Below, piece by piece: positions 1-13,695 of a stretch of 64,000 bases of DNA (position 1 is the stretch's first letter; each line of letters begins with the position of its first letter). Source of the stretch: Camelus ferus (lineage: Eukaryota); NCBI RefSeq assembly GCF_009834535.1, contig NC_045707.1:47556001-47620000 (forward strand), in the 5' to 3' direction. Below the pieces are notes generated by a model. It was not told the origin of the DNA and searched no databases. It saw only the letters and a program-made list of their open reading frames with translations. Made by a program: the position numbers and the translations under genes.

Positions 1-992
1 CCATGTTGTGAGATAATTCTTATTTAAAATTCTAGCACTACTCATTTGTCTGGTAGACATAAAACCACCTTTTTGTAAAATAACATTTAACTATGTTGAG
101 AATAATTTATACATTTCTAGTGTATTAGAAAATTTTAAAAGAATTTAAAATTAAATTTATCTTTATGGGAAAATGAGAAACAAAAATCACAAAGTGGGAT
201 ATATTTAAATATTCAGTAGTGTAGGTTTCATATAGTTGGAATAGCTTGTTTATTTTATGTTACATCATAATGAGTTCCATTTCCAACCCTATGCTAATTT
301 ATTAACCATCTGTTCTTCATCTTAAATGTTTTAATATTTGTCCAGACCAAGAGTTGATAAAAATGGATTGAACTTACTATTTGAACCAAATGAATTTTCT
401 CCACCATTGGTATGTGCACATTAAATAGTCCATGGAGAAGAGAGATGTAAAATCTCTAGTATGTAGAAACAAATATGTCATTAAGAGTTGGCTTATCATA
501 TTACTAGAGGAAAAAAAAATTAACCCCACAAATATGTATTGTGTGTTGATCACTGTTTTTGTAACTATTTTGTGGCCACTTTACAAAGGAGTAATTTTCT
601 AGTAACACAAACAAGAGTAGACAAATTTGTCTATCTTTGTGTGTGTGTGTTATTGTATAATCTTAAATCAGAATGTAATTATCATATAGATAATTAGAAT
701 GTATTCTATCAAGTAGAATGTAATATATACTTTGTTATATGATTTTATACTTGGTCAGTTTTTTTCAAAATCTATTAGCCTCATATTCAAATATTCCCTA
801 GATCTTCATTTTTATAGCACCATAACTTAGTTAATTAAAAAAGCTATTTAGCACATTTTTAATTAAATTACTAGTTACAATAAGATTTTTTTTCAGATTT
901 ATGATTGATGTATATTGACTATACTTTACATGACTTTACTTGATGACACCTTAAAGATTATGAGATTTAGAGAAAATTTTCTTATTGGTAGT

Positions 993-1349
993 TGTCTTAA
1001 TTTGGAGTGCTATAACAAAAATACCATAGATTAGGTGGCTTAAAACAATAAACATTTATCTTTCACCATTCTGGAGACTGGTAAGTTTAAGATACAAGTG
1101 CCTGGCATATCTAGTGTCTAGTGAGAACCTGCATCCTGGCTTGTAGACAGCTGCCTTGTTGCTGTATCCTCAGATGACTAATAGAGATCATCTCATGTGT
1201 TGCTTCTTATATAAGGGCACTAATCCCACTCATGAGGGCTCCACCCTCATGACCATATGACCTCCCAAAGGCCCCACCTCCAAATACCATCACATTGAGG
1301 ATCTAGGCTTTGATATATGAATTTTGGGAGGTCACAAACATCCATAGCA
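993..1349 (-). mobile_element. MaLR (MLT1-type) solo LTR
   Basis: TG...CA ends with a perfect 5-bp target duplication GTAGT (988-992 and 1350-1354). Contains MLT1 hallmark strings such as CATGAGGGCTCCACCCTCATGACC and CCTCCCAAAGGCCCCACCTCCAAATACCATCAC. Confidence 0.85.
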
Positions 1350-2159
1350 GTAGTTCACTTATGTTAATATATGGATGCTAGAAAAAGGAACCTTGGGGAG
1401 GACAGCATTTTGGAGGAGTGTTGGATAGTAAGCCACTCTCTATAAATTAGACTTGAAATTTGGAGTAACTAGAGAATCATTGAAAGGCAAGAATAGTTTG
1501 GTTTTTATTTAAGAACAGTGTAGTATCACGGAAGGAAGATGAATTTTAGAGCCACACGGAGCTGAATTTAAATTTTACTTGACACACATTAGGTTTATGG
1601 TCACAGGGAAGTTAATCTTCTGAGCTAAATAGAATGGGGTCTTAGAGTTGTAAAGATATAATAATATCTTTATTATTTATAACTATAAAGATGTAATAAT
1701 GTATTTAAAGTACCTAGTGCTGTGCCCAGTGCCATGTGGAAGCAAAATAGTTGTTGGATAGTATATGGAAGTACAGCAAACTATGATCTAAGAGTGTCAA
1801 TGTGCATGGTAGACCACACAGTGATGGTCTGTGGAAACTTCACTGGCCCACAGTAACATAATAAAAAACAAGACTAATGCTTAAATGGTTATAGATGTAT
1901 ATGTGTACACACAATGTATATATAAACACACATATACTGACATACATTTTTTATGTGATTGTTCGGGAGGCACTGATGAAGGATTCAGCAAAGCTATGTC
2001 ATCAGTTCCTGTACCAACTTGATCTGAAATCTAATAGGGGAATACAGAACAAATAGGATATGGCCTCTCCTCTCAGGTAGCTTATAGTTTAATGAAGGAG
2101 CAGGTATGTAAAGAAAAATAAAACTTTAATAAAAAGGAGAATGAGAAAAATTAGTACTT

Positions 2160-2416
2160 TTTAAACTTTCTGAAAAAATTTATTTTCTATTGTAGTTGAT
2201 TTACAATGTTAATTTCTGGTGTACAGCAAAGCAGTTCAGATATAGATAAACATATAAATACACACACACATATTTTTAGATTCTTTTCCAGTATAGCTTA
2301 CTCTGAGAAACTGAATATAGTTCCCTGTGCTGTACAGTAGGTTCTTGTTGTTTATGTATTTTATATATAGTAGTGTCCTTGTGTTATTCCCAAACTCCTA
2401 ATTTATTCCTCCCCCC
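2160..2416 (-). mobile_element. 5'-truncated L1 3'-end fragment
   Basis: Reverse L1 3' UTR (TAGTTGATTTACAATGTT...ATAGTTCCCTGTGCTGTACAGTAGG) flanked by an imperfect TSD, GAGAAAAATTAGTACTT (2143-2159) / GAGAAATTAGAACTT (2418-2432). Confidence 0.8.
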
Positions 2417-3960
2417 AGAGAAATTAGAACTTAATGAAAAATTCGGCTTTCCAGAGGAGCTAGCATTTGAACTGGGTCTTTGAAGATGATTATAATTTTG
2501 AAAGGTTAAAAAAAAAAAAGGAAAAAATTAGATATTTCAAGGAGAGGAAACAATATTAGCAAAGTTTGTGAAATTAAAATGTCATTATAGAACATTAGCT
2601 ATTGGCATACTTGGAAAGTGGAGAAGTGAGGGGAGATAAAGCTACAGAATTAGATGAAGTCAGAGCACAGTAGATGCTGTGCAGTTGTTTCCACTTTAAA
2701 TTTTTAATATTGGAAGACTAAAGATTTTTAAGAAGGGAGAAATGTGATCAGACCTGTTTTAGAGCAAAGATTGATCAGTATGTGAAGGATAAGTTATAAA
2801 TGACTGACTCTCTTGTCTGTATTCTCCTTTGGAACTTGGGGTTTACTTCTATTAAAACAATTAACAAGTTGTGGCATTAAAAAAAAAATTTAACATCCCC
2901 ACCAATAGATCTGAATTCTTCAGAGTCAGAGAAGTTTTTCTAACAAATAAGCTATCAATGATTTTTAAAAGATGAATGAATGAGTCTGTCATTTAGAGTA
3001 AATAAAATGAAGGCCCAAATATGAGCCCAAAGGGCAATTATGATCATTGTTGAGACTTTCTAGAGGTCTTAGTTGAAAGCCACAAAGGTGAATAAAGAGA
3101 AAGAAAACTTGATTTGTGGGGGAAAAATGTTAAAGAAAAGAAGTAGTATTCTATAAAATAAAATGTTTAAATGCAGTATATAGCCTTTAACAGGAAAAAT
3201 GATGTCCAGGAATTCATCATCATGAAGAATCTGATTGGAGGTGACAAGGGATGTTACCATATAATATGGACAAGGATATAAATGTTGGATTTTGGAACAA
3301 GGGGGTCGCTGGTGACCTCAACAGCATTTTCATTGATGTAGTGTATTTATGTTAAAAGCAAGTGTTTATTTTTATACTATGCATACCTATATTTTAATTA
3401 TGTCATAATATGTGTACATCTCCTGAATCTTCTTAAAAGACTGAAGACAAATTGAGAGTTTAGAGGAATTGGACCTTGCAAGATTTTTTTTTTTTTCTGC
3501 GTTAAAATAAGCATGGTAATAAAGATGATCTGTAGAAATTTCCTGTTATTCTTGACTTTTAAGGAGTAGAAATGACATACTTCAACTCAGTAATGGCTTT
3601 TTAATTCTTTCATGTAGAAATTTCCCATAGTTCAACCTTAAGTTCTCATCTTCTAAAGCATATAGCACGGTATTTCATCAGAATGTGGTTTTTACTCTTA
3701 GTCTCCTGAGACCTGATACTTGGGACTTCCCAGTGAAATCCTTTTTTTCTTTATTTAATTGCATTTTTGTTTTTTAAATTGGGACTTTTTGTATTTTACA
3801 ATTCTTTAATTTTGTAACTATGAGATAAGTTTCTCTTTATTAAAGTAGAATTTTAGGGGATAACTGCGTTGTTCTCAGGAATCTTTGTATGGATTTCATT
3901 CTATATTTGGAACTGGTTCTTTGTATGCATACTGTTTTAAATAACTATTGTATGTTTCAG

Positions 3961-4143
3961 ACAGAATTTGAGAATAAACTACAGCAGCAGTCAACACAAG
4001 CTGCACAGGAACTTGCAGCAGAGAAAGAGAAATTATCAGTGTTACAAAGCACCTATGAAAAAAGTCAGGAAAATCTAAAACAGCTTCAGTCTGATTTCTA
4101 TGGGAAGGAATCTGAACTTCTTGCCACAAGGCAAGATCTTAAG
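3961..4143 (+). CDS. EEA1: EEA1 coding exon (8th from last), coiled coil TEFENKLQQQ...LLATRQDLK
   Basis: tttcag| acceptor and |gtatag donor; 183 nt, phase 0/0; heptad-rich peptide in frame with the downstream exons. Confidence 0.95.
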
Positions 4144-4471
4144 GTATAGTGAACTATATTATATCATAAAAACTCAGGAAGTTGCTTATAGACATTCATT
4201 AAATGGTTGATTTGAATCCAAATGGGCATAGGAATGGTAGTTTTTGTGGACTATCATATTTGTTTTCTACTGACTTACTAGTTTTGGAGTAATATGCTTT
4301 TAAAAATTGAATTGTTTTAATTTATAACAACATATATATGTAAATATAGGCATTTAAAGATAACATTTTTCATAGTGAAATAATTTGGAAGTATGTTAAT
4401 TGCTACGTTAGGTTATCCTAAGGACTTTACTGCCTTTATGTAAAAAAGTAACTTTTAAAAGGACTGCTGCT

Positions 4472-4595
4472 GGGGAGGGAAATAGCTCAATGGTAGAACG
4501 CATGCTTAGGTGCATGAGGTCTGAGGTTCAGTTCCCAGTACCGCCATTAAATAAAATTTCCTTACACGAAAAAAAAGATTTAAAATAAAAGAAAA
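4472..4595 (+). mobile_element. tRNA-derived SINE (camelid vic-1-like)
   Basis: GGGGAGGGAAATAGCTCAATGGTAGA (A box) ... GGTTCAGTTCCCAGTACC (B box), followed by an A-rich tail. Confidence 0.8.
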
Positions 4596-5800
4596 AGCAC
4601 TGTTGTTACAAAACCTAAGGAGTTTTAAATGTAAACCACTTGTGAAAATGCAAGCAATTTTACTGTTGCTTGTCAGGCACTATTGACTTTAGTTTTATAT
4701 ATTTGTCAGCTTTGCAAGACTACTGGATATAATGGTTAAAATTAGGAGTTTATGGCTCAAAATAAACTTAACGTTAATTATCTAAACATATATGGATACT
4801 TTGTCCTTGGCAGTACTATTTGATTAGATAAAGTATCATGTTTACTAAAATGAAGGATATGAATAAGGGTAAACTTTTTATGTAGCGTAAGGTATCAGTT
4901 CTCTAAAGGAAATGAACATTTGTATTCTCTCATAGAAGTTTTAGCTAGTTTTTTTTTTTTTTTTTGGTCAAAGTGAAATATGATGCTTTTTGATTATTCC
5001 CTATGTTTGGATTTTTTTCTTTGCTTCATTTAAAGTACATTATTAAAAAAGTTCTGTTGAAAATCACAGAAAAAAATACAATAGATATATATATTTATAT
5101 ATACACACTGTATATAAATTATGTCTGTATTTTCTTCATTGGCTGTTAAGGGGAAGGCTTTGAAGGAGGAAGGACTTGACCAGGTCTTGAAGGATATAAG
5201 AATTTGAATACACAGAGTTTTGAGAGAGATCAGCTTAGTCAGGGACACATGTGAGTAAACGTGCTGCAGTGGGAATGAGCAAAACCAGGACAGTCAGCGT
5301 AATTGTCTTGCTAGTATGCTGGTTTGTGTTAGGAAGTTAAAGTTAAAATGGTTGGAATTGTGAAGTATCTTAGCTAAGATACTTAGTGTGAAGTGTTGGT
5401 GATGTATCTTAGATGTCTAGTAAGGATGACAGGACTTTATATTTGGGGGAAAAATGAAGAATCTAAGCAGAGGAGTAAGTGATGAAAATTCACTTTGGGC
5501 AACTTAACCTGGAAGTGATTTACACACAGCTTGGTTTGGACCTGGGGTAAACTTGTGGGGAGATTAGTTAAGAAGCCGTCTCTCTTCCTTCCTCCATAAA
5601 CTCCAGTAATCTAGCTGTAAGTTGATTAGAACGGGGGTTAAAGAGGATGTAACAGAAGAGATTAATGGGAGAGAGAAGATGAAACAAAAGGGATGAATAA
5701 TATATTGGCTGCAAGGGAAGTAAAGGAATCAGTGGTGAGTAATGATCTGACAAAGGAAGAGGAGATTGGGTAAAAGAATTTTCAAAGAGCCAGCAGTAGC

Positions 5801-5804
<4 letters not shown>

Positions 5805-5844
<40 letters not shown>
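5805..5844. repeat. (TA)20 microsatellite
   Basis: Perfect TA dinucleotide run. Confidence 0.95.
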
Positions 5845-5848
<4 letters not shown>

Positions 5849-6016
5849 TCAAAATTAGCAAGAGCTGTTTTAAGAAAGAAATACTACATGATATTTATTT
5901 AAAATTTTTTTATTTTTTATTTTTGGAGGGAGGTAATTACACTTATTTATTATTTCATGTATGTATATATTTATCTATTTTTAGTTGAAGTGCGAGTTTT
6001 TTTGGTCCAGTCTCTC

Positions 6017-6788
6017 TTTTTTTTATTCAAGTATAGTCAGTTACAATGTGTTAATTTCTGGTGTACAGCACAATGTCCCAGTCATGCATATACATACTTA
6101 TATTTGTTTTCATATTCTTTTTCATTAAAGGTTATTATAAGACATTGAATGTAGTTCCCTATGCTATACAGAAAAAAAAGTTTTAATCTATTTTTATATA
6201 TAGTGGCTAACATTTGCAAATCTCAAACTGCCAAATTTATCCCTTTCCATCTCCTTTGCCCCAGTAACCATAAGATTGTTTAATGAGTTCATCAGTGTCC
6301 TCTTTTTCCCCTTTTTTGGATTCCACATATGAGTTATATCATATGGTATTTTTTTTCCCCTCTTTTTGGCTTACTTCACTTACAATGATGATCTCCAGGG
6401 ACATCCATGTTGCTGCAAATGGCATTATTTTATTTTTTATGGCTGAGTAGTATTCCATTGTATAAATACACCATAACTTCTTTATCATGTCATTTGCAGC
6501 CATTATGGAAAACAGTATGGAGATTCCTCAAAAAAACTAAAAACAGACTTACCACATGATCCAGCAATCCCACTCCTGGGCATATATCTGGAGGGAACTT
6601 TTAATTCGAAAAGATATATTCACCCCAATGTTCACAGCAGCACAATATACAATAGTCAAGACATGGAAGCAACCTAAATGTCCATTGGCAGATGACTGGA
6701 TAAAGAAGTTGTGGTTTATTTATATAATGGAATACTACACTCAGCCATAAAAAGAATAAAGCCATTTGCAGCAACATGGATGGGCCTA
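6017..6788. mobile_element. L1 3'-end with internal inversion (- strand ~6017-6490, + strand ~6497-6788)
   Basis: Poly-T followed by reverse L1 3' UTR, then forward L1 ORF2-end sequence (the ORF-track peptide [18 protein letters not shown]). Confidence 0.75.
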
Positions 6789-6868
6789 CTTTATTTTTTA
6801 ATGGAGGCACTGGGGACTGAACCCAGGACCTCGTGCATGCTAAGCACTCTACCACTGAGCTATACCCT
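6789..6868 (-). mobile_element. tRNA-derived SINE head (vic-1-like); its tail probably lies at ~5905-5985
   Basis: Reverse complement reads GGGTATAGCTCAGTGGTAGAGTGCTTAGCATGCACGAGGTCCTGGGTTCAGTCCCCAGTGCCTCCA. Confidence 0.8.
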
Positions 6869-9549
6869 GCCTACCACCTGACATTTAGAAAGTGTCTTAC
6901 TTTTTATACTCTCTAAGTAGCTTTAAATTATTATTACTGTTTTTTCTTTACAACACTATTGGAAGTCAGGGAAAGTTTTGTGGAAGTTTGGACTTTATCC
7001 TAAAATAACTGGGAACCTCTGAAAGGATTGACAAATTCTATGTTAATTCTTCCAAAATGAGAAGTAATTGAACTATTTAAGAAGTTTACTAGGGAAGTAC
7101 AAATAATATTTATAGGCCAGATTAAGGGATAAGTTATCAGCCATTATTTGTCTTTTGCTTCAGTGATGTTATATGATCTTAGGTATAAGAGAGAAAGGGA
7201 GAGGTTCAGAACCTTGTGACATAACACATACCTACCTAAGTCAAGGCTGCCATCTGTGGGCTGACGATGTACATACACCAAGATACCAGTAGAATGGAAG
7301 ACTGACTGGCTTGATCTATGCCTTTAGCCCCATCTGCTGGATTATGTATGAAATACTTTTGTTGACTGGGTATTTCAATTTGGCTATGCTGTGTGCTAGT
7401 CTTTGTTGTCCAGGAAAGGTAGAGGTGGAATTTAACTAAGTTTTGTACCCTAAGTGAAGTGAAAATTCTACAATAAGTTTAGAATTAAATATAAATCTTC
7501 TTAGTCTAATACTATTCCTTATGTCGTTTCATCAGACATCAAGAAAAGTACTAACTAAAATGTTAAGTTTTATTTTGAAAGAAGGAAGGGAAAAATTGTT
7601 GAAGAGACCAAAACCAACAATAGCTACTACAGAGCACTGCAGAAATTCTTTTTTGGCTACACTACTGTAATGTGACTGGGACAGGGTTGGTAGCTATCTA
7701 CTCAGGGATTTGCTCATTTGGGAGTAATTGGGTTAAAGATAGCCCCAATAAAACCATTGAATGCGAGAGGGAATTCGCTAAGGGAAAAGATGCTAAGCAG
7801 ATGAAAATAACACAGTCTGCAACAAGAAAGACAAAAGGAATATCTGAAATGCATGGCAGCTTACTGCTGAATGACTTAGATGAATATTCAGAGGCAAAGT
7901 AGAGCAGTATGTCTGGGCATATTCAGAAGACACTAGTGTAGGTTTTAAGCTTGACTTAAAAGATTTAGTCACTAAGTTTTTGTCAGTTTGAAGTTTTATA
8001 GGCTGTTAATTAAACCATGGGCATCTTGGAATTCTTGTGGTCAGAGACTGGGGGTACTGTTGCTTCTGGGCTCCAGCAAGCCTTTATTCTTTAGCATTAG
8101 ATCGGGACCTCTATCACTTAATTACTCTTGCTGCAGACTGTATGGACTAGGCTTTGTCAAATTTTACTTTTTTTCTCTGAAATCACTCACCCTTTTTGAT
8201 ACTTAGGTCAGTTCCTGTATGCCCACAGAGCCTTCTGTAAACATTTCACAGCGAACTCTCTCACTCGTTTTTCTGTGCATCTGGTGCATAGCAAGTGCTC
8301 TGTTACCCTGTATAGCTTCTGTTTTACATGCTGGTTCTGTTTGTCAGGGACCATCTTTTAGCCTCCTGTCTATCTCAGAAGTGTGCTCAATGAATGGTTA
8401 GCTGCTTGATTAGTAAAGGACTAGATGATTTAGGTCCTTCCCCAAAAAGAAGCTTTATGGTCCTTATTGTTCTATTGGAAGCCACTGAAAATGGAAATTT
8501 AATTTATATCAGAAAGATTTCTGAAGTGGATTATTTGTAAGGAATAAACTTTCTCTTTCAGGAAGCTTAATAAGTACTTTACATAAGGTTTTCATTCACT
8601 TATTTTTCATTTTTTTTTTTTATTGAATGCCTGTTATAGCCAAGTCTAACCAGCAGGGATCTTTTGTGAATTATATCTTACGCCTCCTTTTCAAAAAAAC
8701 AAGTCTTCAGAATAAGAAAGATAAACAACTTCTAGATGGTGGAGAGCATCTTATATTTCCCTCCTATATTGATTCTTAGCTGAGAGGAGCAAGGTTCCTG
8801 CCATTTCTCATTACCCACCTGGTACCAAATATACCCCCAAATCAAAACCTCATAGGTCAAAAAGCTCGCTTTTTCCTCCAGCTTCAGCTTCTCAAAATAT
8901 CTGGGCCTTAGAACAGTCAGTAACTTTGGACTATGGTAAGTGGCATACTTACCATACTTCTGCCACACAGATGAGAAGTTAAAAGGATCTGGTGATGGCT
9001 TTGTCAGAAATAGAGCCTCAGAAGTCTAGTTGACTTTGCTCTTTTTTCACTTGATCAGGTTGGCAGATTTGTAACACAGTTGTTGGTTTATTTCCTCTAA
9101 GACAAAAAATCCCTTTTATTTTTTAGAAAGCATGTCAAGGGACATCAGAGCCCATAAAAAGTAAATGTACATATAATACAGCATTTAATTATCTTTTCAA
9201 ATTACTCTTTTTTCATGCCTACCCATATCTTCTCTCTAACCATGTATACATTCTGAATGTGTTTGATACAGTTGCTACTTATTTGATATTCTTCGTATTA
9301 ATACCTATAGATTATTTTAGAACTTTTAGAATTGCTTCGGTTTTATTAAGTATTTTATACTATAAATGTTTTCCATAGGCAAGAGAGTTAATTATCTAGC
9401 ATTCTTTTTGTGTCATCTTACCAAAGGGCATAACATACTGTCTTTTTAAAGTATATTACTTTCCACTATGCCTGTGTTAACTGCTTTGTTTCTGCAGAAA
9501 TTTTCTAAAACAAAGACACATAATAATTGGGGGAAATTGTTTTTATAAG

Positions 9550-9735
9550 TCTGTAGAAGAGAAGCTTTCTCTAGCACAGGAGGACTTGATTTCAAACAGA
9601 AATCAAATTGGAAACCAAAATAAATTGATTGAAGAACTAAAGACTGCCAAGGCTACTTTGGAGCAAGATTCAGCAAAGAAAGAACAGCAACTGAAGGAGC
9701 AGTGTAAAGCACTACAAGATATTCAGAAAGAAAAG
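9550..9735 (+). CDS. EEA1: EEA1 coding exon SVEEKLSLAQ...QDIQKEK
   Basis: tataag| acceptor and |gtattt donor; 186 nt, phase 0/0. Confidence 0.93.
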
Positions 9736-10940
9736 GTATTTTATATTCTGACTAAATCTAGAATCTTAGAGTTATGATGACCATAGAGGTCATCTAGTCA
9801 AACCTCCTACCCAATATGGGTGTCACCTTTATTTTCAACAGCTCTCTCGGACCTTTTGGTAACTGGAATTCTAATGCTAGGAAGTACTTCTTTATAGGTT
9901 CTTTGTCATTTCTACCCATTTTCTTACTACTCTTTTTAGTTGTACGAACAAATCTGTTTTTTTTACATCTCGGACCCTTGGTTATTCAAAAATAAGTATT
10001 ATATTCTCTCAACTATTTCTTACTAGCATGTTATCATCTGGATGTATGAATGGAATAATTCTTAAGCTTGTTAAAAATTCTTAAAGTTAAGAGCCAGCTT
10101 TTTTTAAGAGGAAGTAGGGGTATATTTTATATAAATGATGCTAAGTTATAAAATTGAAAGCATTGTATTATATGACCAGTACCTTTAAAGATCAGTTAAA
10201 ATTCCATGTGAAAGAGAAATTCAGTTTCTAGGAAATATTTTATTTTTGAATTTCATAATTGAAATCGTTTATTTCCATCAGCTGATAGGATAGGATATTA
10301 TTCTTAACTGTACAATTCCTGAAATTCTTGGTATATCTTATGAAATTCCTGAAATTATCTTTAAAAATTTGGGGATGGGGCTGGTGAAGCTATTAAGTTT
10401 ATGCTTTGTTTAAGTCAAGTTTTGAAAATTTTGACAGAACTATACTTTATAGGCCTTTAATTGCAAGGGCTTTAGATCAGGGAAATCTTGTTTTAGTTTT
10501 GGTTCTGCTTCTAATAGATTATTTAATTTCCTTTACTTGTAAATTAAGGATTAAAAAGAGCTACTTGGTATAGAGAGTTAAACCAGATAATGTATAACAC
10601 TTCCCCCAGATGCCTTATATAAGATAGTGATGGTAATAATGATGATATTATTAATAAGCGTAAGATGGTAGCTTTGGCTAAACTTTAGTGCCAGGTCAAA
10701 ATAAGAATACTATATACTTTTACATTAACTGTAACTATTTAAGCTCAGTCTTACTATTATACTATTATTGTTCATTTTGTATAAAAAAGGACATAGAGGC
10801 AAGAGAAGGTAAGTAATTTGTTCAAGTTAACTTAGGTGGAAAGGGGCAAAGACAGTCATAAGTAGGAACCATCATTTTTATTACATTCATTTTCAGTTAA
10901 GTGTTTACTTTAAAATTATTTTAAAATCATTTTTATACAG

Positions 10941-11072
10941 TCACTGAAAGAAAAAGAACTAGTAAATGAAAAATCTAAATTGGCAGAGTTAGAGGAAATT
11001 AAGTGTAGACAAGAAAAAGAAATTGTTAAACTGAGTGAAGAACTCAAATTGCACAAGCAAGAAAGCATAAAG
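10941..11072 (+). CDS. EEA1: EEA1 coding exon SLKEKELVNE...HKQESIK
   Basis: atacag| acceptor and |gtatgt donor; 132 nt, open frame; not in the ORF track. Confidence 0.93.
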
Positions 11073-12004
11073 GTATGTAAAGATAACCATTATTCTTCCT
11101 TCTGTATTGTATTAGTGTTTAAAAAAATTATATAAATATATACATATTTATTGATTGAGAACCTACTATGTACCAGGCACATTGTTTTGTTGTTTTTGAC
11201 AAATACTCTTGCTCTCACAGTGCTCTTGTATTGCATAATATCCATACACACATTGAAACTGTTACTTTTGTTTTTAGATTATTGAATAAAACAAAGTAAT
11301 CCTAAAAGTTTAGATTTTGAGATGATAAGAGAGCTACTGATTAAGAAAATTGTGCTTGTAGATAAACTTTGAAATATGTAAGAATTTAGAATTAAGATGT
11401 TAAGGGAGTCCATTTTTAAAATTCTTCTTCTTTCTAAAGTCTTTTAGTAATCTCTTGTTTAGAACATTTTTCCTGTCATTAGCATGGCTCAGGAGCCAGC
11501 TGAAGAAACTAATTGTTTATAAGTTACTTTGTAAAATATTATTCATTTTCTTAGAGAAAGGTTAGATTCTCTCTTGAGTGCTCTCATAATACTAATGTTT
11601 ATCAGTATACTTGCCATTCTGTTTTATGATTATCTCTTTATGCCATTATGTGCTTCCAGACTTCCTTAAAGCAGGGAATGTATGTAATTTATCTTTAGGT
11701 ATCTCCCTAGATGGTCGTGACCGATAAATGCTTGCTAAATGAAGAAAGGGAAAATAGAGGGTAGAAATTTTCCACATAATTTAATCAACATATGCATGCA
11801 AAGCATCACTTGAATTTGAATGATTGTTGAGCAGGAAGTAAATAATCTTGCACCTTTTAAACTGTTTGAAATACTGAACCTCAAGAATCTCATAAGAGAC
11901 TCAAACTCATATTGTTTATATTGCAGTAAGTTGCATAAGTTTCAGCTACAGTTTGAAATACTTACTCTAAAGGATGATTTATTTCGCCCCTACTTATTAA
12001 ATAG

Positions 12005-12190
12005 GAGGTAACAAACCTCAAGGATGCCAAACAGCTTTTGATTCAGCAGAAATTAGAGCTTCAAGGGAAAGTTGATTCTTTGAAGGCAACCCTTGAACAG
12101 GAGAGGAAAAACCAGCAAATGCTAAAAGAGCAGATGAGAAAGGAAGAAGATGAGCTGAAGAAGGAATTTATGGAGAAGGAAGCTAAACTG
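12005..12190 (+). CDS. EEA1: EEA1 coding exon EVTNLKDAKQ...EKEAKL
   Basis: aaatag| acceptor and |gtcagt donor; 186 nt, phase 0/0. Confidence 0.93.
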
Positions 12191-13072
12191 GTCAGTAATT
12201 AATGGCGAGAAGTGTGTTTTGTAATTGATTTTGTAAATTATTCCAGTAAGAGAGGATTTTTCTTAAAAGTTATGAGTCAGATGCTCACCAAACATTTTAA
12301 TTTTTGGTTGATAGGAGATCTGATTTATTTAAATAGCTGACATGTGATTGGAAATATTTTATTCTGTAATAAGTGAAAATCCAACAAAACATTATTAAAA
12401 AGTAAAAACACTTCTACTGCCAGAGAAACAAACAAACTCATACCTGTGTAGTAGCATGAATGCTGATCATGTTCAAAAACATCCTTTGTTTGGTCAAAGT
12501 GAATGCTGATAAGGGGGAACGGAAACTTCAGTTTGGAATTATGATGACCAAAGTCTACTTTTCCTTCCCTAACTTGTTCCTGCCAAATGGGAAGCATCTG
12601 GCTTTCCACTACTGAATTAAGTCCAAATATCCCCAGATAACTTGACTGCTCAATGTTTTCGTTAAGGAATTGCAATTTCAAGTTCACACGGTGATTTGAA
12701 GTATTGCTTTTTGGCAGGGTGATACAGGCAAAAGGATGCATGTGGAATTTGAGACATAAGAAAATGCCGGCTTTGTCTCCAGGGCACCTTGCTATCCCCA
12801 ACTTAAAGTGTTTTTCCCTTGTTCTAGTGGGGAAAAAAAAGGGAAAAATCTCAAACTGATTTTATAAGAGGCTTGCTGACCATCATTTCAGCATCATTGC
12901 CTTTAAGCCAGTTCAGATCACACAGATGTTTGTGGAATCCATTTCATTAGTGCCTTCTTTCCTAAAGCAGTAGGATTATTTATGTTGCCAATATTTAAAA
13001 TTCAACAACTAAGGTTTATTTTGTACTACTTTTGTAATGGGTTTTTTACCCACTGTTTTTTCCTTTTCTCAG

Positions 13073-13311
13073 CATTCCGAAATAAAAGAAAAAGAAGTAG
13101 GAATGAAGAAGCATGAAGAAAACGAAGCTAAATTTACCATGCAGATTACAGCATTAAATGAAAACTTGGGCACCGTAAAGAAGGAGTGGCAGTCCAACCA
13201 ACGGCGAGTCGGCGAGCTTGAGAGACAGACAGATGACTTACGGGGTGAAATTGCAGTATTGGAGGCAACAGTTCAGAATAATCAAGATGAAAGGAGAGCA
13301 CTACTAGAAAG
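13073..13311 (+). CDS. EEA1: EEA1 coding exon HSEIKEKEVG...ERRALLE(R)
   Basis: Polypyrimidine tract with tctcag| acceptor and |gtgact donor; 239 nt, phase 0/2. Confidence 0.95.
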
Positions 13312-13574
13312 GTGACTGATGTCTAGTGAAATTAGTTTATTCCCATTCTAAGTGATAAAAAAAGACGGTCTTATTTCACGTTTAAAAAAACATAAGTCTT
13401 GGGAAAAGTGCTCCTGCAGCTATTTAAGCAGCCATTTAAAAATTAACCCTTACAACAGTCAGCCAGTTGAAATTCATGTATTATATTTAAAATTACTACG
13501 TAGTTCATTACCTGTGTTCAGGGAGGATCTTTAATGATGTTTTAAAAATTAACTGTTTTTGCAATCCATTCTAG

Positions 13575-13695
13575 GTGTCTTAAAGGAGAAGGTGAAATAG
13601 AAAAACTTCAAACCAAAGTACTAGAATTGCAGAGAAAGCTGGATAACACAACGGCAGCAGTGCAGGAGCTGGGCAGAGAAAATCAGTCCCTTCAA
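13575..13695 (+). CDS. EEA1: EEA1 coding exon (R)CLKGEGEIEK...GRENQSLQ
   Basis: ttctag| acceptor and |gtacgt donor; 121 nt, phase 2/0. Confidence 0.95.

Noticed and set aside
4472..4550. tRNA-like sequences (also at 6800-6868 and 39640-39715)
   Set aside because: Degenerate stems, A-rich tails and a TSD identify them as SINEs, not tRNA genes.
12325..12801. 158-aa - strand ORF in an EEA1 intron
   Set aside because: Non-ATG start, no recognisable domain and no supporting gene structure.
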